DNA from: Candidatus Altarchaeum sp.
GTDB lineage: Archaea; Altiarchaeota; Altiarchaeia; Altiarchaeales; Altiarchaeaceae
Direction of reading: 5' to 3'
Length of the DNA stretch: 19,290 bases
NCBI GenBank assembly: GCA_018260615.1
Contig: JAGWDQ010000079.1
Location: forward strand, 1 to 19,290
Shown: in pieces, positions 1 through 7,162 of the stretch
Layout: every line of letters begins with the position of its first letter
Numbering within the stretch: the stretch's first letter is position 1
The notes under the pieces: generated by a model
What the model saw: only the letters and a program-made list of their open reading frames with translations
Told to the model about the DNA's origin: nothing
The model's database searches: none
Position numbers and translations under genes: made by a program

Positions 1-91
1 TAATTATAAATTAACATTTATTTAAAAAACGCAATTTATGTGGTTGGGCAGTATAATTAAATTTTGGATATTAAATAAATGAAAATAAAAA

Positions 92-1120
92 TCACAACTT
101 TAAATCATCTAAAGGACTTTTAATTTTCCTCAGATTTTTATTGCTTACATGAGTGTATATTTCAGTTGTCTTTGAACTTGCGTGTCCAAGTAATTCCTGA
201 ATATATCTTAAGTCAACTCCGCTTTCAAGTAAATGAGTTGCAAAACTATGCCTCAGGCAATGAACAGAAACATCTTTTTTAATATCTGCTAAATTTACGG
301 CACTTTCAAAAATTGCCTGAACCGTTCTTGTGGAGATACGCCCTTCTGATTTTGATCCCGAAAATAACCATTTTTGTATTTTGTATCTTTCAAAATATTG
401 ATTGAGAACTGAAAGAGCAACATCAGAAAGTATTGTATATCTGTCTTTTCTCCCTTTCGCGCCTTTAACATGGATTAATTTCCTCTCATCGTCAATATCC
501 CCTTTCTCTAATTTCACAACTTCACTGACTCCCAATCCGGCGGAATAGATAAGCATTAAAATTGCCTTGTGCTTAATGTTGGAAACAGATGAAAGAATCA
601 TCGTAACCTCTTCCTGGCTTAAAACAACCGGTAGTTTTTTATCTTTTCTCGGGCGTTTTATTTCATAAACAAAATCTCTCTTTAGAATTTTCCCATAGTA
701 GAAATTCAGGGCGTTCACTACGATATTGAGGGTGGAAGCAGCAGAATCTTTCTTTTCAACAAGATGAAAAAGATAATCTTTTATGTTGGATTCATTTATC
801 TCCGGCGGACTTTTGCCTGCGAATTTAACGAGTTCCCTGTTGTAGTGAAGGTATGATTTAACCGTTTTTGGACTGTACTTTCTTGAAACAAGCTCTCTTT
901 CAAGAATGTGAAATTCCTGTAACGCAGGATCAATATTTATATCTTCTCTTGAGAATACGGATAAAATTTTATTCACAACGCCGTCGGTATCAGGGAAATA
1001 CCAGTATTTCTCCTGAATGTTCCACCGGTATCCGTCAATAAATTTAATCTTCTCTATGTATTCTTTGTTGTACTGGAATTTAACCGCTATTTTATCACCA
1101 ATTTTTTCAATAGTAATCAT
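92..1120 (-). CDS. Tyrosine recombinase/integrase (XerC/D-like, integron-integrase-related clade lacking the IntI insertion); first catalytic Arg replaced by Gly (G197), probably inactive
   Basis: Motifs KGAKGRKDR (K222), HCLRHSFATHLL (H287, R290), LLGH (H313), TTEIYTH (Y322) and C-terminal KSPLD; N-terminal SAM-like region. Box I reads YSAGLGVSE instead of YSAGLRVSE. Confidence 0.9.
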   Translation of the reverse strand: MITIEKIGDKIAVKFQYNKEYIEKIKFIDGYRWNIQEKYWYFPDTDGVVNKILSVFSREDINIDPALQEFHILERELVSRKYSPKTVKSYLHYNRELVKFAGKSPPEINESNIKDYLFHLVEKKDSAASTLNIVVNALNFYYGKILKRDFVYEIKRPRKDKKLPVVLSQEEVTMILSSVSNIKHKAILMLIYSAGLGVSEVVKLEKGDIDDERKLIHVKGAKGRKDRYTILSDVALSVLNQYFERYKIQKWLFSGSKSEGRISTRTVQAIFESAVNLADIKKDVSVHCLRHSFATHLLESGVDLRYIQELLGHASSKTTEIYTHVSNKNLRKIKSPLDDLKL

Positions 1121-1326
1121 TTTATATCACTTGATATCACAGTACATCCTCGCTTCTAAGTTTTAGAGACACCTTAGGCAGGCTTTTTATTAACGATGGA
1201 GGGAATGCCCGAGTATTCTCCACCGGCAGTGCATGTGATTTCTTGGTGCACATATTAAATAAAATAAAAATACAAATAAAAATTCAAATTTTGTAAATAA
1301 ATATGAATGCAAATAATTAAATAAAT

Positions 1327-2730
1327 TTAATTTTTACTTTCCTTTTCCAACTCCCAAATATGCTTCATCTTTTCAATAAAAAATTTACTTATCTTCGTCA
1401 GTTCGCAAATTTCATCAACGCTCATAAATTCAAAAGCACTATAAATATAAAACATCCTGTCATCTGTCGGCTCAATTAAATTTTTCCGTATTTCCTCAAC
1501 ATTGCTACTTATATTTTCAAGCCCGTATTTCTTTATATCTAAACCTCTTATTGCCTTCTGAAACGCCTCTTCAAAATTTCTTCCGATTGCCATAACCTCT
1601 CCCGTGCTTTTCATCTGCGTTCCGATATGTTTATCTGCAGTCCTAAATTTATCAAACGGCCATCTCGGAATCTTCACAACGACATAATCAAGTGCCGGCT
1701 CAAAGAATGCCATCGTTTTCTTCGTGATTGCGTTCGGAATTTCGTCTAAATTTTTTCCTATTGCAATTTTTGTGGCAACCCTTGCTATCGGATAACCGGT
1801 TGCTTTGGATGCTAATGCGGAAGACCTTGACATTCTCGGATTTACCTCAATAACGATATGTTCCATCGTTTCCGGATGGACTCCGAACTGAACATTACAA
1901 CCGCCCCTGACATCCAATGCCCTTACTATCCGGACAGATGCCTCTTTAAGGACTCTGTTATCATTATCGCTTAATGTCTGTGCAGGTGCTACGACAATAC
2001 TTTCTCCGGTATGAATTCCGACAGGATCTATATTTTCCATGCTGCAAATAATAACGCAATTATCTCTGTTATCCCTGACAACTTCGTATTCATATTCATA
2101 CCAGCCGTAAATACTCTTTTCTATTAAAACCTGATGATTTAAACTGTGATAAAGTCCTCTTTTGGCAATTTCTTCAAGTTCTTCCTCATTATGTGCAATT
2201 CCTCCGCCTGTTCCCCCGAGCGTAAATCCGGGCCGGACAATAACCGGATAGGAAATTTCTTCTGCAAAATTTTTTGCCTCTTCAACAGACAAGACAGCTT
2301 TACTTGCGGGAATCTTTTCACCTATTTTTTTCATTAAATTTGCAAATCTTTCTCTGTCTTCCCCGTTTCTAATCGCTTCAACAGGTGTTCCCAAAACCTT
2401 TACATCATACTTGTCCAAAATTCCTGCATCCTGCAATCCCATAGCTAAATTTAATCCCGTCTGGCCGCCCATTGTAGGTAAAATCCCGTCTATCTTTTCT
2501 CTTTCAATAATCTTCTCTAAAATTTCAACCGTCAGCGGCTCAATATAAACACGGTCGGCAATATCCGTATCAGTCATTATTGTGGCAGGATTCGGATTAA
2601 TAAGTATTACTTTGATGCCTTCTTCTTTTAATGTCAGGCATGCCTGTGTTCCGCTGTAATCAAATTCTGCCGCCTGTCCGATTAGTATTGGTCCCGAACC
2701 AATGATTAATACATTTTTTGGCTTTTCCAT
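1327..2730 (-). CDS. carB: Carbamoyl-phosphate synthase large subunit, N-terminal half (split CarB1)
   Basis: [97 protein letters not shown]. The ORF ends at 467 aa, versus about 1070 aa for full-length CarB. Confidence 0.93.
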   Translation of the reverse strand: MEKPKNVLIIGSGPILIGQAAEFDYSGTQACLTLKEEGIKVILINPNPATIMTDTDIADRVYIEPLTVEILEKIIEREKIDGILPTMGGQTGLNLAMGLQDAGILDKYDVKVLGTPVEAIRNGEDRERFANLMKKIGEKIPASKAVLSVEEAKNFAEEISYPVIVRPGFTLGGTGGGIAHNEEELEEIAKRGLYHSLNHQVLIEKSIYGWYEYEYEVVRDNRDNCVIICSMENIDPVGIHTGESIVVAPAQTLSDNDNRVLKEASVRIVRALDVRGGCNVQFGVHPETMEHIVIEVNPRMSRSSALASKATGYPIARVATKIAIGKNLDEIPNAITKKTMAFFEPALDYVVVKIPRWPFDKFRTADKHIGTQMKSTGEVMAIGRNFEEAFQKAIRGLDIKKYGLENISSNVEEIRKNLIEPTDDRMFYIYSAFEFMSVDEICELTKISKFFIEKMKHIWELEKESKN

Positions 2731-2769
2731 TTTTCTATAATTTTAAATTTTTTCAATAAATTTCTTTAA

Positions 2770-2863
2770 ATTTTCGTCAGACGCCTATTATTCATCACAA
2801 AATATATATCTTAATTATGTCTGTAAGGCATTTCAGAATAGGTCAATATCATCATCCGAAAAT
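2770..2863 (-). ncRNA. Box C/D sRNA (double kink-turn RNA), copy 1
   Basis: Minus strand reads ATTTTCG-g-ATGATGA (C, 2849-2855), 12 nt, CTGA (D', 2833-2836), 34 nt, GTGATGA (C', 2792-2798), 11 nt, CTGA (D, 2777-2780), CGAAAAT. This gives a perfect 7-bp terminal stem and the canonical 3-nt k-turn bulge. Confidence 0.78.
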
Positions 2864-2864
2864 G

Positions 2865-2896
2865 TAATTAAATTTAGAGATAATTAAATTTAGAGA
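2865..2896. repeat. Exact 16-bp tandem duplication TAATTAAATTTAGAGA x2, just upstream of the C/D RNA (also at 7107-7138)
   Basis: Read directly from the sequence. Confidence 0.9.
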
Positions 2897-3166
2897 ATGA
2901 AATTTTTAGAAGTGTGTTTTAACACTTTGAAATTTTTAAAATTTGTCCGAACATATTTGCGTTGATTTTTAAAGATCATCTAAGAATTGAATATGTTTAT
3001 CTTACATTCCGCACATCCAATAAAATTTTTTAATTTAATCATGGAGAAAATCACCTTACCTTCGTTCAGAGATTTACTCTGTTAGTTCGTAAATAGTATT
3101 AATGAATTTAGTATGCTTAAAAGGGATGATGATATTTTGTAATCAAAAAGTTATTTTATTTATTTT

Positions 3167-3217
3167 TATGCAATTATAATTATTTTATGCAATTATAATT
3201 ATTTTTATAATTGCATA
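3167..3217. promoter_or_regulatory. Operator-like triple site TATGCAATTATAA: direct copies at 3167-3179 and 3186-3198, inverted copy at 3205-3217
   Basis: Three exact 13-mers; the last two form a palindrome with a 6-nt spacer, upstream of the HD operon. The regulatory role is inferred. Confidence 0.45.
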
Positions 3218-3245
3218 CTATCTTTGCTCTCATTTAAAATCTTAC

Positions 3246-3326
3246 AGAGGGCTGTCTAATAATTCAATTTTCACGCATAATTTACTCTCAAAATAGGGGC
3301 AAAAAACTAATTGTTGGGCATCCTCT
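3246..3326. mobile_element. 81-bp MITE-like element with imperfect terminal inverted repeats
   Basis: Left end AGAGGGCTGTCTAATAATT vs reverse complement of right end AGAGG-ATGCCCAACAATT (14/19). No target-site duplication seen. Confidence 0.4.
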
Positions 3327-3459
3327 TCGGATTTTTAAAATGCAAAAATCAAAATATCGGGGAAAAATAAAATTTTTAATTTGAAAGTGCGGAATGTAGA
3401 TCATATTACTAAAAAATTAATTAATCAAAAAAAATAAAAGTGGTTTGATTTAATCTAAG

Positions 3460-4731
3460 ATGTTTAAACCTATTCGTGATCCAATTTGGGGGGATATAAA
3501 TCTTCAAGATGGTGTCAAAAAGATAATTGACACCAGATCCATACAAAGATTAAGACATATTCGGCAGGAAGGATTTACATTTCTATCTGTTCCATCAGCA
3601 AACCACACAAGATTTGAACATATTCTGGGCACTTTTCATTTGCTACATTGTTGGAGGGAGTCAAGAGAAGAAATAACTGATTTAGACCAATTGGCACTTT
3701 TGCATCACATAGATGATACACCTTTTACTTACGCCACTCGTGAAATAATAGAAATGATCCAGAATGAAACTTGGAAGGGAGATGCAGAAAAAAGAAAGCA
3801 ATTTATTAAAGGACTGATCAGTACGGAAATATCCGATAACAATAAACGTAGCGAACTTACCGACAGTATTATCAAGTTTGGAGGAAGAGAACTCGAAGTT
3901 AACATATTATTTGCTGCAAATAATATAGATACGATATGTAGAAATGCATATTATCTTGGATTAGGGCGACCCACAGTAATTGATGCAATAACAAAAATTA
4001 AACCTAAAAAGGAAGATAGGATAACTTTTGATAAAAATATCTTTACGTCTGTCATTTTAGAAGAACTAAAAAATGAGGCATTAACAAATATAGTGGCACA
4101 TATCTCCATGAGTAACAGCAGAATGTTTGCGAGGATAGTTACACGACTTTTATACTTTCTTTACAAGGATGAGATACAATTAGATATGCCATTGAACGCC
4201 CTTTTAAAAGATGTTGTGACCGATACAGAAAAATTTTTAGAGTTTAATGATGATTCTTTGTTATATGTATTAGATAAGTTAAAAGAAAGAGGAGAAGTAA
4301 GTAAAGAAATAAATGAGTACTTAGATATCTATTCCGGAAAGATAAAGTACCCACAACCCCCTCTTGAATATGATATTTCTAATATCCATCTTAACAGCGA
4401 TGATTATACTAATAAAAAATATGATCAGATGATGTTTCAAAATAAAATAGGAAACATGAATATGGAGAAGCAAATTAATCTCGAGAGGGACATACGGGAT
4501 CAATATTCTTTGAAACATCCTGTAATAATTGATATACCTTACAAATCTATAAAATCAAGATTCTTGTCATGTTTGGCTTTGAATTACGGGGAGGGGAGCG
4601 ATATAAAACTCTCCCCATCCGACAGCATTCCTGAAAGTACCAAAAAGATAAGAATTTTTTTACACAAGGACGACTACAACAAAATCAATAAGGACAAACT
4701 TTTTAAATTAATAAAATCAAAAATTGAATGA
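3460..4731 (+). CDS. SAMHD1/YwfO-like HD-domain protein, catalytically degenerate (pseudoenzyme)
   Basis: RDPIWGDI, IDTRSIQRLRHIRQ and HTRFEH are present. The HD motif reads LLHHIDDTPFTY instead of LLHDIGHGPFSH, and AANNIDTICRN replaces DxDxxDYxxRD. Confidence 0.85.
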   Translation: MFKPIRDPIWGDINLQDGVKKIIDTRSIQRLRHIRQEGFTFLSVPSANHTRFEHILGTFHLLHCWRESREEITDLDQLALLHHIDDTPFTYATREIIEMIQNETWKGDAEKRKQFIKGLISTEISDNNKRSELTDSIIKFGGRELEVNILFAANNIDTICRNAYYLGLGRPTVIDAITKIKPKKEDRITFDKNIFTSVILEELKNEALTNIVAHISMSNSRMFARIVTRLLYFLYKDEIQLDMPLNALLKDVVTDTEKFLEFNDDSLLYVLDKLKERGEVSKEINEYLDIYSGKIKYPQPPLEYDISNIHLNSDDYTNKKYDQMMFQNKIGNMNMEKQINLERDIRDQYSLKHPVIIDIPYKSIKSRFLSCLALNYGEGSDIKLSPSDSIPESTKKIRIFLHKDDYNKINKDKLFKLIKSKIE

Positions 4732-4743
4732 AAAATAAATAAA

Positions 4744-5157
4744 ATGGCAGCAAGAGAATTGGCATACATGTTGGGCAAAATGTTTAACGAGGAAAATCAG
4801 AACAAAGGAATTGTACATGACCTTGCAGTAAATTGGTGTGTATTCAAATGTCAAGAGAATGGGGCTATAAAAGATTATAAAAGATCTCTGTTAACTATTA
4901 ATGGACCAATAAATGAAGATGTGTTTTTTGATATTTCGCTTTTGCAAGATACTGGAATTATCGAGGTTAAAGGAAGATATGTGAAAGGAAATGGTATAGA
5001 TTGGCAGATGTTTATCAAAAGGATAGAAAAAGATGGATCGAAAGAGGAATTAGAAAAGATAAAAACTTCTGTAAATGACCTGAAAGCCGAAGTAGAAGAT
5101 TTCAAAGATGGAGAAAAATTGCTAAAAGGATGGATGGGATTAATGAAGAGAAAATAA
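4744..5157 (+). CDS. Small protein, probable divergent YwgA / Panacea (DUF4065, SocA-like) winged-helix family
   Basis: 137 aa, 12 nt after the HD1 stop. NGPINEDVFFDISLLQDTGII resembles the YGPYSxEL...L...G.(I/L) signature, and YwgA is known to sit next to the HD protein YwfO in Bacillus. The ORF itself is solid; the family call is moderate. Confidence 0.6.
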   Translation: MAARELAYMLGKMFNEENQNKGIVHDLAVNWCVFKCQENGAIKDYKRSLLTINGPINEDVFFDISLLQDTGIIEVKGRYVKGNGIDWQMFIKRIEKDGSKEELEKIKTSVNDLKAEVEDFKDGEKLLKGWMGLMKRK

Positions 5158-6746
5158 GACCTAATAGTACAAACATAAAAATTATAGGTATGACAATCTC
5201 TGATATTCTTGGGGACCCTGTATTGGGGGGAATAGAAATTGATAAAGATGAAAAAGGTTTAATTGAGTTGCCTGAAATGTATAGGCTCAGGCACATCAAA
5301 CAGAACAGTTTTTTATATTTAGTTTATCCTGGAGCATTACATACGCGATTTGAACATTCACTTGGTGTTTTTTATATAGCATCAAAGATATTTGATAGAG
5401 TAACAGAAGATGAACATTATAAAGGAATAAAAAATAAAACAGAGTGGAGAAAACGATTAAGAATTGCTGCGTTGTTACACGATATTGGTCATGGTCCATT
5501 AGCACATTTGTATGAAACTATGTTGGAACGCAATGGAATAACTGTAGAAGAGTTATTCAAGAATATTTTAATGGATAAAAAAATCAAACCGCCAAAAAAT
5601 AAAAAAATACATGAGGCCTTAACATATTATAAAATTCTAACATCAAAGTATATACGAGAATATATTGCCGATGTTTTCGACAAAGATCAGGAAAATGAAC
5701 TGAACAAAGAAGTTGAACGAATTGCACATTTATCGATAGGCGATTCTTCTTATGAGACGAAAGATACGGATTTTTGTTTTGCTTACGAAATTATAGCAAG
5801 TGAGTTTGATGCAGATAGAATAGAATATCTTGTAAGGGATTCATATTTTACGGGCGCAAAGTATGGAACATTAGATTATGAAAGATTAGTAAATTCAGGG
5901 TTTGCTATAAGAAAGGTTGGAAAAGACAAAGATTCTATGAGGAAGTTATGTATAGACGAAGAGAAGGGATTGACTCCTGCGGAATCTATAGTGGTGGCAA
6001 GAGCACAAATGTATCCCTATGTGTATCTTCATTCAACTGCAAGAGCAATTACAGCTATGTTTGTTAGAGCGTTTGATAGGATTTACGAAAATTACAAAAA
6101 TGAGGAAGATAAAAAAAATTTTATAAAAAAGACATTGGAAATGAAAGATTATGAATTTATATACGAAATGAAAGATAAAGATGAAACAGGACTCATACAA
6201 AACATTATGGACCGAAAACTTCATAAAAAGATAAAGATTGAGGGATGGAAATATAAATATGTGAAATGGCAAGAATTACATCCCGAGGTTAGAGAAGTTA
6301 TAGAGAACATAGCAAATAGAAAGGATAAATACAATATTTTAAAAAAATGTGAATACAAACTTGAAGAAGAACTTAAAAACAACATAGGCAAAGATATTAA
6401 AAATGAAAAGTATGGGAAGTATCCAGTAATTATAGATATACCTTCATTCCCTCGTTTGGAGGAATTAAAAGCTAAAGTTAAGAGCAATAATGAAACAAGA
6501 TCATTAGAAGATGTGTCAAAGATAGCGTGGATTTCGAAAGATGTGATGAGATCTAACTGGAAAATGTTTTTATTTGTTGATCCGTCTTTAAAAGAGATGA
6601 TAGGAGGAAACTCAGAGGATGCAAAAAAGCTACGGAATAAAATAGAGGAATATGTTAAAAACTTTTTTTCATTTGAAGGATATGGAGAGGCGGCAACTGT
6701 GATGAGGGAGGCAATAAAAGAGGCAGAAAAGAAAATGAAGAACTAA
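5130..6746 (+). CDS. SAMHD1/YwfO-like HD-domain dNTP triphosphohydrolase, catalytic residues intact (start may be ATG 5190)
   Basis: RLRHIKQ, YPGALHTRFEHSLGV (H76), LLHDIGHGPLAH (H117, D118, H121, H126), HE (H161), DADRIEYLVRDSYFTG (D229, Y233, D237). Confidence 0.9.
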   Translation: MDGINEEKIRPNSTNIKIIGMTISDILGDPVLGGIEIDKDEKGLIELPEMYRLRHIKQNSFLYLVYPGALHTRFEHSLGVFYIASKIFDRVTEDEHYKGIKNKTEWRKRLRIAALLHDIGHGPLAHLYETMLERNGITVEELFKNILMDKKIKPPKNKKIHEALTYYKILTSKYIREYIADVFDKDQENELNKEVERIAHLSIGDSSYETKDTDFCFAYEIIASEFDADRIEYLVRDSYFTGAKYGTLDYERLVNSGFAIRKVGKDKDSMRKLCIDEEKGLTPAESIVVARAQMYPYVYLHSTARAITAMFVRAFDRIYENYKNEEDKKNFIKKTLEMKDYEFIYEMKDKDETGLIQNIMDRKLHKKIKIEGWKYKYVKWQELHPEVREVIENIANRKDKYNILKKCEYKLEEELKNNIGKDIKNEKYGKYPVIIDIPSFPRLEELKAKVKSNNETRSLEDVSKIAWISKDVMRSNWKMFLFVDPSLKEMIGGNSEDAKKLRNKIEEYVKNFFSFEGYGEAATVMREAIKEAEKKMKN

Positions 6747-6989
6747 AGAAAATCAGAGAATAAATAATTCTGTATTTAATTAAAAGGCAACCATTAAAGA
6801 CATAAAAAATTTGAGAAATTTACTAAAAAATCAGGTTTTGCGATTTAATTTTTAGAATCATGTTTTTGAATCTGTGATAATAGCAACTTTCAAAATAACC
6901 CCATTGCCGTTTAGAGAGTTTGAAATAGCAATCTCACGACATTAAAAATAAGAGCCATTTGGTTTTTCCTTTTTTGTGCATTTCTTTCT

Positions 6990-7159
6990 TTTTTTCAATA
7001 AATTTCTTTAAATTTTCGTCAGACGCCTATTTTTCATCACAAAATATATATCTTAATTATGTCTGTAAGGCATTTCAGAATAGGTCAATATCATCATCCG
7101 AAAATGTAATTAAATTTAGAGATAATTAAATTTAGAGAATGAAATTTTTAGAAGTGTGT
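6990..7159. repeat. 170-bp direct repeat, copy 2 (right island boundary)
   Basis: 169/170 identical to 2748-2917. Confidence 0.97.
7012..7105 (-). ncRNA. Box C/D sRNA, copy 2
   Basis: C 7091-7097, D' 7075-7078, C' 7034-7040, D 7019-7022, same 7-bp terminal stem. Differs from copy 1 only at position 2 of the D guide. Confidence 0.75.
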
Positions 7160-7162
7160 CTT

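Larger units (their letters stand above)
2748..2917. repeat. 170-bp direct repeat, copy 1 (left island boundary)
   Basis: Matches 6990-7159 at a constant offset of 4242 with one mismatch (2790 A vs 7032 T). Confidence 0.97.
3003..3398. repeat. Inverted repeat pair: 12-bp perfect cores TACATTCCGCAC (3003-3014) and GTGCGGAATGTA (3387-3398) within imperfect arms of about 40 bp
   Basis: Cores are exact reverse complements. Flanks align imperfectly (aatatg..atc on one side, caa..aaaattt on the other). Confidence 0.7.
2748..7159. mobile_element. Direct-repeat-bounded genomic island carrying the HD / YwgA-like / HD operon
   Basis: 170-bp near-identical flanking repeats 4242 bp apart; accessory cargo inserted between carB and speB. 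No transposase or integrase lies inside the repeats. Confidence 0.65.

Noticed and set aside
1-60. GTTGGGC at 43-49 matches the integron core GTTRRRY next to the integrase
   Set aside because: No matching RYYYAAC partner or L boxes are visible, the site is at the window edge, and the integrase lacks the IntI-specific insertion. An integron is not supported.
92-1120. Integrase as an internal component of the HD island
   Set aside because: It lies outside the repeats, beyond carB. Any link is circumstantial and is kept only as a hypothesis.
2740-2783. Minus-strand frame ASDENLKKFIEK in both repeat copies, as a possible gene 3' end
   Set aside because: It is immediately preceded by an in-frame TAG, and the sequence is better explained as the D guide, D box and terminal stem of the sRNA.
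3124-3136. Lone C box (ATGATGA, 3126-3132) within a 13-bp inverted match to the 5' end of the C/D RNA
   Set aside because: No CTGA D box or closing stem follows, so it is not called a second sRNA. The match is mostly the C-box motif plus AT bases.
6790-6990. Short minus-strand frames (MALIFNVVRLLFQTL, MGVILKVAIITDSKT) at the right end of the island
   Set aside because: About 15 codons each with no convincing motif. They might be gene debris but cannot be supported.
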